64,000 nt of DNA. Source: an uncultured Candidatus Peribacteria bacterium. Lineage in GTDB: Bacteria > Patescibacteriota > Gracilibacteria > UBA1369 > 2-02-FULL-48-14. The stretch covers positions 18,689 to 82,688 of the forward strand of contig CAZFAV010000004.1 of assembly GCA_964516995.1 (NCBI GenBank), written 5' to 3'. A program made the position numbers and the translations under genes. Under the pieces are notes generated by a model, which was not told the DNA's origin, searched no databases, and saw nothing but the letters and a program-made list of their open reading frames with translations. This document shows, piece after piece, positions 34,098-43,167 of the stretch; within the stretch, counting starts at the first letter, position 1; each line of letters starts with the position of its first letter.

Positions 34098-35807
34098 ATG
34101 AATCGTATCCGACTGCTTTCGGATGAGCTCATCAGTCAAATTGCCGCCGGTGAGGTGATTGAACGTCCTGCCTCGGCTCTCAAAGAGTTGGTGGAGAACA
34201 GCATAGATGCAGGAGCCACTCAAATTTCTATAGAGTTGGAGGAAGGAGGTTTGGAAAAAATACGTGTAGTGGATGATGGCTGTGGTATGACCGGGGAGGA
34301 AGCCCGAACTGCTTTTCTGAGGCATGCCACGAGTAAAATTAAGAGTTTAGAAGATCTTTTTACAATTAAAAGCTTGGGGTTTCGCGGCGAAGCCTTGGCG
34401 AGCATCGCCAGTATTTCTAGGTTGAGCTTGAAGACTCGACCAGCAGAAGAACGGGTGGGGACGCGCGTTGAAATGGACGGAGGAAAAGAACTTTCTGTAG
34501 AAGAAACCGCTTGCCCTGTGGGAACAGATGTTACAGTTTTAGCTTTGTTCCATGCCACTCCTGCTCGTAAAAAATACATGAAGAGCGTGGGTACCGAATA
34601 TGGACACTGTTTTGACATGCTCAGCCAGATCGGGATGTCTCACCCAGAGGTGGGCTTTCGTCTCAGTAAAGATGGCACTTTGGTTTTTGAACTTCCCCCC
34701 AGGCAAGACCTCAAAGAGCGCATTCGAATTCTTTATGGCGGTAGCATTGCGGATGCGCTTTTGCCCCTTCATTATCAGCAGTCCAATTTAAGGATTTCCG
34801 GTTTTGTAGGAAAACCCGAACTCTCACGCAGCAGCCGAAAGTACCAATTTTTATTTGTGAATGGACGAGCCATTGAGAGCCGCCTTGTTGCTCGGGCAGT
34901 GGAAGAAGCTTTCCATTCCCTACTTATGACCGACAAGCACCCCTGGTTTGCGGTGACCATAGAAATGGATCCCACTTTTTTAGATGTGAATGTGCATCCA
35001 CGAAAACTGGAGGTGAAGTTTGTAAATACGCAGGAAGTGTATCGAGCGGTTTTTGGGGCCGTGCAGCATGCTTTGCAAAACAGCATGATTGCTCCTGTTT
35101 TGGGCCGACAAAATTCGTCTGATTTTATGCCCACTCCTTCCCTGGAAATGGTCTTTGAGCCACGGCCTGTTCTTGCTCAGCAAGAGCGCCGCGCGGACGC
35201 GGTGGAGCATCCTATGGAGGCGCGAGGAGTTTTGTTTAAACCCGTCGCACAAGTGGCTAACTGTTATATTGTGGCCGAGAGTGAGGAAGGCTTGGTGCTC
35301 ATTGATCAACACGCGGCGCACGAGCGAGTTCGCTATGCTCGTCTGATGAAATCTTTGGAAGAAAAACAGCCCATGCTTCAACCCTTGCTCACTCCTCTTT
35401 CTCTGGATTTGGGGGTAGAAAGTCTTGAGCTCATTCGTGGACACTTGGACGAATTTTTGGCTTTAGGCTTTGACCTTGAACCCTTTGGTGGAAACACTTA
35501 TTTGCTCCGTGCTGTGCCCGATGGACTGCAAAAGAAAGACCCCGAACGGGTGATGAGGGAAGTACTCGCGGATGTGGCCCGTGATGAACGTCAGAAAATA
35601 TTGCCTGTGCGCGAAGCCTTAGTGACTAGCGCCGCTTGTCGCGGTGCAATTAAATTTGGAGACTCGCTGAGCATGATCGAAATGGAGGCTTTACTCCGGG
35701 ACATGGCGGATACACCAAACTACACTCATTGTCCTCATGGTCGTCCAGCCCTCATTACCTGGACTTATGGTAGGTTAGAAGAGCTGTTCAAAAGGAAGAA
35801 CTTTTAG
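34098..35807 (+). CDS. mutL: DNA mismatch repair protein MutL
   Basis: I chose the start at MNRIRLLSDELISQIAAGEVIERPASALKELVENSIDAG (GHKL ATPase motif I). The ORF-track upstream extension overlaps the divergent peptidase gene. Confidence 0.9.
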   Translation: MNRIRLLSDELISQIAAGEVIERPASALKELVENSIDAGATQISIELEEGGLEKIRVVDDGCGMTGEEARTAFLRHATSKIKSLEDLFTIKSLGFRGEALASIASISRLSLKTRPAEERVGTRVEMDGGKELSVEETACPVGTDVTVLALFHATPARKKYMKSVGTEYGHCFDMLSQIGMSHPEVGFRLSKDGTLVFELPPRQDLKERIRILYGGSIADALLPLHYQQSNLRISGFVGKPELSRSSRKYQFLFVNGRAIESRLVARAVEEAFHSLLMTDKHPWFAVTIEMDPTFLDVNVHPRKLEVKFVNTQEVYRAVFGAVQHALQNSMIAPVLGRQNSSDFMPTPSLEMVFEPRPVLAQQERRADAVEHPMEARGVLFKPVAQVANCYIVAESEEGLVLIDQHAAHERVRYARLMKSLEEKQPMLQPLLTPLSLDLGVESLELIRGHLDEFLALGFDLEPFGGNTYLLRAVPDGLQKKDPERVMREVLADVARDERQKILPVREALVTSAACRGAIKFGDSLSMIEMEALLRDMADTPNYTHCPHGRPALITWTYGRLEELFKRKNF

Positions 35808-35841
35808 CTATAATGTTCCCTTAGCTTTTTAAAGTCTTTTT

Positions 35842-36315
35842 ATGAATCTACTGAAGCTGAGCGTTTTGGGTCTTGGATTAGCTGGAACTGCAGAAGCGTC
35901 AGAAACGGCTTTGCGTGAGCTTACAGCACCCTATTCGGAGACTGTTCACGGACAGCTGAGGGTGCGCCCGGCTTCTGAGGACAACCGGACTGCGCTGGCC
36001 TATTTGGTGGTCAATGAAGTACCCAATCCGTCTTTTCATGAACAACTTTTAAAAGCAGCACAAGAAGGTGGCGCTCTCCATTTAGAAGGTAATACTGTTT
36101 GGCTCCGCTTGGGCTGTCTTCGGGGTGATGAAGTTTTGGACCAAAGCGGCAAACCCGTAGTGAGCAACCTTCCACTCTTGCACAATGCTACTTATCTGCA
36201 TTTAGCCGAGGTACGTTTGGATTTTGATGTGGGGCTTTCCGAAGCTGTTACGGGGCTGTGTAGCTCACCTGTGGACCGTGCTACCGTTGTGGGCTTTACT
36301 GGTACAAAAGATTGA
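35842..36315 (+). CDS. Hypothetical secreted protein
   Basis: Signal-peptide-like MNLLKLSVLGLGLAGTAEA. No recognisable domain. The 3' end overlaps the convergent DUF4012 gene by 20 nt. Confidence 0.5.
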   Translation: MNLLKLSVLGLGLAGTAEASETALRELTAPYSETVHGQLRVRPASEDNRTALAYLVVNEVPNPSFHEQLLKAAQEGGALHLEGNTVWLRLGCLRGDEVLDQSGKPVVSNLPLLHNATYLHLAEVRLDFDVGLSEAVTGLCSSPVDRATVVGFTGTKD

Positions 36316-38392
36316 GACTAAGATCTTGATCAAAAGATCCAGATACAAAGTAATCTCTACCCGGTTGAATCTCTGTGGGGACAGGGCTAGAGGACAGAAG
36401 CGTGCGAGTTTCTGCGGTGACGGATTCTTCGTAGGTTACGTTTTTTAAACCTGGTTGTTTGAACCATTGGAAGTTGTAATTTTGGAAAGATCCTTGAAGT
36501 TTGAGCGGTAGTGCAAATTGCAGTGTGATGGTTTGGCTTTCACCGGGCAGAAGCGTTTGGTCGAAGTAGTAGTATGATAGGTCCTGATCGGAGTCGTAGA
36601 AAATCCGTACATCGTCACGATAAATTCCGCTTGAATCAAGGAGGGTGGCTCCTTCGGGCAAATAGAGGCGGATGGCTGCTTTATTGGGAGCATTGCCCAT
36701 GAGAGCTTCTAAAGTACCCGTCCATGCCGTGAACCCATATTCTCGCGTGGTCTGCTTGAGCCAAGCGAGGGTGTTGTCGTTAAAGGTGTGAGTGCGAGTA
36801 AGACTGACCGTAGCCACCATACTGCCATCCTCTAAAATTTCGGTATCGTGCGTAAGCTTAGTTTGAATGTAACGCTCTGTTTTATTCCCGCTGATGGTCT
36901 CTACAGTAGGCATGTAAAAGTCCCCTTCTAATGTAGAAAGTTTTGGGATAGATCCCTCCATTCCAAGATCAGTGAAGAGTTTTTCTACGCGGGGATCTTT
37001 GTGATAGAAGAGCAGTTGTTTCTTTTGAATTTGCTCCCATGCGGTTCCTCCCAAAGCAGCAGCGGTTTGTGGGTTACTCGCTTTTTCCATAAAGGCATTC
37101 AGCAATTCTCCGAGCACCGCTTTGGGGGTGGTCTTGCCAAAAGTCTTGGCTTCCACCAATGTGCTCAAAACGGCGGGGAAAGTTTCGGCGGAAAGAGCCT
37201 TAGACAGTGAGGGCAAAGTGAGCGCTCCCGTGTCTTCCATAAAAGCTTGAGCGGCAGAAAGATTGACGGCAATGACTCCATCTACACCGGGGCCTCCTTC
37301 TTGTTCTAAAAACCACGCGCTTTTTTGAGCAGAAGTGGGGAAATCAGGTGAATAGTTGCTGTCACGTAGACGCCACTGAGTGGTGAGTCCGGTGAGCTCA
37401 GGGATGGGTACCGGAATGTCTTGATAACTGCGGTTGTCGAACTCGTAAACATCGTGGAAGTCGAGTGGTGAAAGGCGTCCGTCATTGAGAGTCACTAAAA
37501 CAAAGCTTCCAATAAATCCTCCACCCAGGCGCATTTCATCATTGTTCTGCAAAAGTACAAGGTAGGTTTGAGGAGTCTTGTCTCCCAGAGCGGTGAGGAG
37601 CGGATCTTTAACACTCACCCATAGATTGAGGAGGTTCGATAGCGCAGCTAATTTGTCTTCGTATTCAGCGAATTGAACTTGATATTCTGTGCCCGAAAGA
37701 TCCACATTTTCTAAGAGTGTTTGGATCTGATTCATTTGCTCGGCGGCGGGCTCTAAATCGGCTTCGGAAACGGTGCGAAGATAGTCGGTGAGGGAGCCTT
37801 CTGGGGGAAGCTGCGTGAGTGAACTGCGTGCACTGGAGAGGTGCTTCCCTACTTCGGCCATCAAAGATCCGGCGTCTAAAACATTGCTGAGGCTCTGCAC
37901 AGGACCAGGTTCGTCCAGCCAAGGTGAAGCCGCGGTGAGCAAGAAGGCTCCTTTGTTTTTGGCTTCATCAAAAAGCTGCTGAGCTTGATCAAACATCAGG
38001 AGGTCAGCCCCGCTTTCTCCCGATACAAAAGACTGACTCGCTCCTTTGAGTGACATAAAACCTTCTGCTGCCAAGGCGAGAGCTTCCTCTCCCTGGTTTT
38101 TACCCAGAAAGATCATCTGACCTACGTTGAGTGCTAAGATCATAAAGAGCGCGGCTACCAGCATGGGGATACGCCCCAATCCGCGTCGACGACTAAAGTT
38201 TTTTCCTACAATATGAATTTTTTCTGGACTGGAATTTTTGAATTCAATTTCTTTCTTGAGGTCCACGGTGACTCTTTCGTGGGCCTTTTTTTTGCTGGAA
38301 GCGTCTACGTTTTTTAAATCAATGACATGACTGGATGCCTTGGGGTTGTCCCGAGGAGGCGTGTTTTCTGGACCGATGTCGAGCCTGATCAT
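36296..38392 (-). CDS. DUF4012 domain-containing membrane-anchored protein
   Basis: One TM helix (IPMLVAALFMILALNVGQMIFL) and the DUF4012-like core 'LLQNNDEMRLGGGFIGSFVLVTLNDGRL'. Family assignment is from memory of the motif, not a search. Confidence 0.6.
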   Translation of the reverse strand: MIRLDIGPENTPPRDNPKASSHVIDLKNVDASSKKKAHERVTVDLKKEIEFKNSSPEKIHIVGKNFSRRRGLGRIPMLVAALFMILALNVGQMIFLGKNQGEEALALAAEGFMSLKGASQSFVSGESGADLLMFDQAQQLFDEAKNKGAFLLTAASPWLDEPGPVQSLSNVLDAGSLMAEVGKHLSSARSSLTQLPPEGSLTDYLRTVSEADLEPAAEQMNQIQTLLENVDLSGTEYQVQFAEYEDKLAALSNLLNLWVSVKDPLLTALGDKTPQTYLVLLQNNDEMRLGGGFIGSFVLVTLNDGRLSPLDFHDVYEFDNRSYQDIPVPIPELTGLTTQWRLRDSNYSPDFPTSAQKSAWFLEQEGGPGVDGVIAVNLSAAQAFMEDTGALTLPSLSKALSAETFPAVLSTLVEAKTFGKTTPKAVLGELLNAFMEKASNPQTAAALGGTAWEQIQKKQLLFYHKDPRVEKLFTDLGMEGSIPKLSTLEGDFYMPTVETISGNKTERYIQTKLTHDTEILEDGSMVATVSLTRTHTFNDNTLAWLKQTTREYGFTAWTGTLEALMGNAPNKAAIRLYLPEGATLLDSSGIYRDDVRIFYDSDQDLSYYYFDQTLLPGESQTITLQFALPLKLQGSFQNYNFQWFKQPGLKNVTYEESVTAETRTLLSSSPVPTEIQPGRDYFVSGSFDQDLSLNLLYQ

Positions 38393-38401
38393 GCGAGGCG
38401 T

Positions 38402-39874
38402 TCAAGGAGTGGAAAGTTGAACGACTGAGCGGCTAAAGCTTCCGTCATCAAAGAGTTTACGTGCGGTAATGATGGTGTCGAAGTCGCTCAGAAGCGTCTT
38501 TAGTATAGACCCTTCTGGGAGGAGTAGACAATGGAGAGTAAAAAGCTCATCTGAACCTGTTATTAAGCTGTCCAAATTGTCCAGAGTTCTTGGAGCTTGA
38601 AGACCTAAGCTGCGATCGAGGGCTGTAAAGACCGTTTGTTCTTGCCCGCCAATGAGGGCCAAGTTCTCTGTGAGAAGTACTGTCGCAACTGCGTTTCCTT
38701 CGGCGGAAAAACTATAGTACTGGTAACCTTGATATTGACTCGTAGATTCTTCTACAGGGATCCATTCAGCACGGGTTTCTCCGCTCTCGATACGATAGGT
38801 TTTTCCGTAAAGAAAATACTCAGCAAAAAGGTCCTTCAACTGAAGAGCCTGAGTGACTTCTTCGTTTGAATCGAGCTGCGTGATAAACAAAAAATCAGAT
38901 CCTGGAGTAAAACCAAGATACTGCTCACCATTAAGGAGCGGCATAAGTTGAATGCCAAAGTCGACATCGGGGCCGAATAAATTTTCGACTTTATTCTGGA
39001 TCTCTTCGTCCCAAGCTTGAGCAGCGAGCGGGGTCCGTTTTTTAAGTACATTTTGGACTTGTGCCCACTGCTCTCCCAGATTTTGTCCACCCCACTCCAC
39101 TGCAAAAGATTCTGACGTCCATGGTAAGAGGCGGCCTGAATATTTTTCTGTGGGGTGCCAGTAAGCATCGTCTTCGATTAAAGTTTTGTCGATCGCCAGA
39201 GTGCTTTCTACCTGCCATTTCTGATTGAAACGCAAACTCATTCCAACGGCCGGATAAAGAGCAAGGAGGGGTTCTAAATTAGGGAAATCTTCTTGGTAAC
39301 GAGGAAAGACTTTTTGCAGGTCAGCATAAATAAAGCCATCCCTCCAAGAAGCTAACCTTCCTCTGATGTTTTGATAATTTGAACTGCTTTTTAAACTGTC
39401 CTCCTCGCCACTGGCTACTTTTTGGACAGTGCTCAAAAGATCCTGATCCTCCGACAAGAGGAGTAAATCTCCCATCCAGGTAAAACAAGGTTGTGATTTT
39501 TTTGAATAACAGGTGACTTGGCTCCACAAAGAGGCTGTGGCCCGTGTGCTTTCCCATGTCTCTCCCTCTGTTTTCAAACTCTTCAAATACTGCTCTGCAG
39601 CTTCGCTAGAATTGATTTGCAAAATGGTGAGTTTGGCGTTGTCCACCGTAGCGCTACCGTAAGCATCTACCCACGGCTCAGATACGTAAGGACTTTTAAG
39701 TACTGTGCCCGTATGAGCCGTTTTGACAAGGTAAAAACTCTCTGTTTCTAAAGGTAAAATCTCAGCCAAATCTGGCAAGCTGGTCCATTTAACAAAAATT
39801 GCCGCAGCGATTAAAAGTACCCCCAGCAGTATGCTGAGTGCAAAAAGCGCTTTCACAAGAATTTGCTTTTTCAT
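38402..39874 (-). CDS. Hypothetical membrane-anchored protein
   Basis: I chose the start at MKKQILVKALFALSILLGVLLIAAAIFV (N-terminal anchor), followed by a large extracytoplasmic-looking domain with no motif recognised. Confidence 0.6.
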   Translation of the reverse strand: MKKQILVKALFALSILLGVLLIAAAIFVKWTSLPDLAEILPLETESFYLVKTAHTGTVLKSPYVSEPWVDAYGSATVDNAKLTILQINSSEAAEQYLKSLKTEGETWESTRATASLWSQVTCYSKKSQPCFTWMGDLLLLSEDQDLLSTVQKVASGEEDSLKSSSNYQNIRGRLASWRDGFIYADLQKVFPRYQEDFPNLEPLLALYPAVGMSLRFNQKWQVESTLAIDKTLIEDDAYWHPTEKYSGRLLPWTSESFAVEWGGQNLGEQWAQVQNVLKKRTPLAAQAWDEEIQNKVENLFGPDVDFGIQLMPLLNGEQYLGFTPGSDFLFITQLDSNEEVTQALQLKDLFAEYFLYGKTYRIESGETRAEWIPVEESTSQYQGYQYYSFSAEGNAVATVLLTENLALIGGQEQTVFTALDRSLGLQAPRTLDNLDSLITGSDELFTLHCLLLPEGSILKTLLSDFDTIITARKLFDDGSFSRSVVQLSTP

Positions 39875-39969
39875 GCTCGGGCTACTGTAGCATCTCTTTA
39901 TTTTTCTCGAAAGCCTGTGTAAAATCTGCCCACACTGCACACAACGCTGTGCTCCTCTAAAAAGTACTT

Positions 39970-42099
39970 ATGCTCGCTCAGGAACTTCGCCAAAAATACC
40001 TCGATTTCTTCTCTAAAAAACATGGCCACAAGGTCATCCTGGGTTCGAGCTTGCTTCCCGAAAACGATCCGACGGTGCTTTTTACGACCGCAGGAATGCA
40101 CCCTTTAGTACCTTACCTTCTCGGCGAAAAACATCCAGAAGGAACACGCCTCGTGGACGTGCAAAAATGCGTCCGAACCGATGATATTGAAGAAGTGGGT
40201 GATCCTACGCACTGTACTTTTTTTGAAATGCTGGGCAACTGGTCTTTAGGAGATTACTTTAAGGCCGAAGCCATTCAAATGTCCTACGAATTCATGACAA
40301 AGGAACTGGGGCTGGATCCCAAGAGGCTCATGGTGACTTGTTTTGAAGGAGATGAAAATGCACCTCGTGACGATGAGGCGGCTGGAGAATGGGAAAAGCT
40401 TGGCTTTAAGCGTGCGGAAGATGCCCCTAACGAAAAACAACTGATTTTCTTTTACGAAAAAAAGAAAAACTGGTGGGGTCCTGCGGGACAAACTGGTCCG
40501 TGCGGTCCGGACACCGAAATGTTCTATGATCTTTGCCCTGAATTGCCAGTGGGGCAGCACCGCGAAGGAGCTTCCGCAGATTTAATCGCCCGTTATCCCC
40601 TCAAGAATGGCAGTGGTCGCTGTCATCCCAACTGTGAGTGTGGACGTTATGTAGAGATTTGGAACGATGTGTTCATGCAGTACAATAAGACAGAGGATGG
40701 ACGCTTTGAGCCCCTCCAGCAACAGAATGTAGACACTGGTATGGGACTGGAACGTGTGACGGCTATTTTGCAGGGCAAAGCCACTCACTACGATACGGAG
40801 CTTTTTGAATCCATGATCAAACGGATTCGTGCTCTTTCTAAAGAGGAGAATACGGTGAGTGAGCGCATTGTGGCTGATCATATTCGTAGCGCCGTATTTA
40901 TTATTGGAGATGAACGAGGGGTAACCCCATCCAACAACGATCAAGGCTATGTACTACGCAAACTCATTCGCCGTGCGATTCGTCACGGACGCAAGCTTGG
41001 GATTCAAGGTTCGTTTACGGTGGAATTGGCTCGCCTAGTGATTGGTACCTATGGAGATTTTTATAAAGAGCTGCCTAAGTATGAACAGCGCATTTTAGAC
41101 AGTCTCAAGAAAGAAGAAGAGCAATTCCAAGAAGCTCTTACCAATGGAGAAGCGGAGATCTCTAAAGACATTGAGAAGGTGGATCAAGCTCTCCATATTT
41201 TGTTGAATGAAAATAATGTGGCTCGCCTAGAGATGGCTCTCAATATTTTGAAGCAAACTCTAGAAAATGAGGTGCTCCCCAGCGGTGAGAATAAGGATGA
41301 TAAAATCCTAACTTCTATTTATAAAGACCTCAGCCCCGTTTTAGGAAAAATGCGCAGCGAGTTTAAAAATGAAGCTTCCAACAAAACTGTAGATGAAGCT
41401 ATTTTGAGCTCTGTACGAGAGAGTGTGAAGAAGCTTTTGGACCGAGAGCTTACGACTTTGATCGTGAGTGGGAAACGTGCTTTTTATTACTTTGAAAGTT
41501 TTGGTTTCCCCTTAGAAATGACTATTGAAATGCTCAAAGAGAAAGGTTTATCGGTAGACCAAATCAAGTTCAATGAAGCCTTTTCTCAACACCAAGAAAA
41601 ATCCCGCTTGGCTTCCGGACAAAAGTTTGCGGGAGGTTTAGCGGACCATAGTTTTGAAACCAAGAAGCTCCACACGGCTACCCACCTCATGCTGGAGGCG
41701 CTGCGTCGTGTGCTGGGGAAAACTGTGGAACAAAAGGGTTCCAACATCACCCAAGAACGTCTACGTTTTGACTTTAACTACGAGGACAAACTGAGCCCGG
41801 AACAAATTGCTGAGGTAGAGAAATTAGTAAACGATGCGATTCAAGCCGATTATCCTATCCACTGGGAAGAAATGAGCGTAGAAGAGGCTCGTAAAATCGA
41901 TGCTACCGGAGTGTTTGTGGACAAGTATGAAGGGGAATTAGCGGGGCGTGTAAAAGTTTACTTTATGGGTGATTACTCCAAGGAAATTTGTGGAGGTCCT
42001 CACGTGGATCACACGGGGCAACTGGGAGGACACTTTAAGATCGTAAAGGAGGAGTCCAGTTCTTCTGGTATTCGTCGCGTAAAGGCGATTTTGGAATGA
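39970..42099 (+). CDS. alaS: Alanine--tRNA ligase (lacks the C-Ala domain)
   Basis: LFTTAGMHP, KCVRTDDIEEVGD, FFEMLGNWSLGDYFK, EIWNDVFMQY, DTGMGLERV, and editing-domain HTATHLM and CGGPHV motifs. The protein ends 7 aa after GIRRVKA. Confidence 0.9.
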   Translation: MLAQELRQKYLDFFSKKHGHKVILGSSLLPENDPTVLFTTAGMHPLVPYLLGEKHPEGTRLVDVQKCVRTDDIEEVGDPTHCTFFEMLGNWSLGDYFKAEAIQMSYEFMTKELGLDPKRLMVTCFEGDENAPRDDEAAGEWEKLGFKRAEDAPNEKQLIFFYEKKKNWWGPAGQTGPCGPDTEMFYDLCPELPVGQHREGASADLIARYPLKNGSGRCHPNCECGRYVEIWNDVFMQYNKTEDGRFEPLQQQNVDTGMGLERVTAILQGKATHYDTELFESMIKRIRALSKEENTVSERIVADHIRSAVFIIGDERGVTPSNNDQGYVLRKLIRRAIRHGRKLGIQGSFTVELARLVIGTYGDFYKELPKYEQRILDSLKKEEEQFQEALTNGEAEISKDIEKVDQALHILLNENNVARLEMALNILKQTLENEVLPSGENKDDKILTSIYKDLSPVLGKMRSEFKNEASNKTVDEAILSSVRESVKKLLDRELTTLIVSGKRAFYYFESFGFPLEMTIEMLKEKGLSVDQIKFNEAFSQHQEKSRLASGQKFAGGLADHSFETKKLHTATHLMLEALRRVLGKTVEQKGSNITQERLRFDFNYEDKLSPEQIAEVEKLVNDAIQADYPIHWEEMSVEEARKIDATGVFVDKYEGELAGRVKVYFMGDYSKEICGGPHVDHTGQLGGHFKIVKEESSSSGIRRVKAILE

Positions 42100-43101
42100 T
42101 TACCGCCCTTCGTAAATGGGATGCGGATTCCAATGTGCTATATCGCCCACCATACGATGCACATCAGCTAAGAGATGATGGAGTGCAGCGCTTCTTGAAT
42201 GCGGTTTTAAAGGCGGTAAAGCTGCCTGTTCTTTTTGCCGCTTTGACATTCGTTCTTCAAAGTTCAATCGGTCTACTCTGCTTCTTTTGGCCATGATTTC
42301 ATCAATTAAGATCTGAGCCATATCGGCGGCAAAAGGTGAAGTATGGGCATGCAAAGCCTCTACGGCGGACATAGATTCGTCTACCCAACTCCCCCCGTGT
42401 TGTCTTCCTCTAGTGACTTGAGGATAAGTATCATCACTGCAAACAATATTAATGGCTTGGCTAGCACCTACTACATTTCCTGTATCTATTCCTGCATCCA
42501 CATGATGGCAAGTCATACGAGTGGTCCTCTCTCCCGCTTCCATCATTTCTCCAAAAGGATTTCCACCAGGATATTTACCCCTGGCCAAATCAGAGGGGTG
42601 AAAGTTGTAGGTACCTAAAGGAGCTTGACTAAAAACTTCAGGAGGAATCTTCTGCCCAAAAGTGGCCGAAAAAATGACATGGGGTCTCCACTCATTTAAC
42701 AGACCTTCGTGAAAAAACTTTGCTTTAATGTCTCCAGTCCACACGGGCACACCTGCGAGTAGGGAAAAGCCCGTCATCCAACCTTGAAGAGTCCGCTGTG
42801 CCTCTGGAGGAATGTATTGCCATAAACGTTTATGAGCACTCACCCTTGCCTGCCCACCCTCCGTTTGTCCTGGCTGACGAGCATTAATAACATCGTCTGT
42901 GCAAACTCCCACGATGTTTAAACCTGGATTGCCTCGAGCCATTTCGTTGAGCCTAAAAACAACATTGAGCCCTCGGTAGGCGCTACCAAAAATAGCCACT
43001 CTCAAGGCATCTGGATTTTTAAGCTGCATTAAACGTGCAGGAGGTCTTGTTAATTCTCCCCATCGGGCGTCCCCGTAGTCTTGTACCTCTTCCCCTTCCA
43101 T
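42100..43101 (-). CDS. Formyltransferase-family protein (divergent)
   Basis: 'YNFHPSDL' (the N-x-H catalytic pair as in HPSLLP) and 'HHVDAGIDTGNVV' (catalytic Asp region) resemble the Fmt/PurN N-terminal fold. The long insert and C-terminal tail are unlike either. Confidence 0.5.
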   Translation of the reverse strand: MEGEEVQDYGDARWGELTRPPARLMQLKNPDALRVAIFGSAYRGLNVVFRLNEMARGNPGLNIVGVCTDDVINARQPGQTEGGQARVSAHKRLWQYIPPEAQRTLQGWMTGFSLLAGVPVWTGDIKAKFFHEGLLNEWRPHVIFSATFGQKIPPEVFSQAPLGTYNFHPSDLARGKYPGGNPFGEMMEAGERTTRMTCHHVDAGIDTGNVVGASQAINIVCSDDTYPQVTRGRQHGGSWVDESMSAVEALHAHTSPFAADMAQILIDEIMAKRSRVDRLNFEERMSKRQKEQAALPPLKPHSRSAALHHLLADVHRMVGDIAHWNPHPIYEGR

Positions 43102-43167
43102 TTTAATTAAATAGTGAAAGATTCTTATTTAAATATAATTCCACCCTTAAGTCAACCTCAACAGCTT

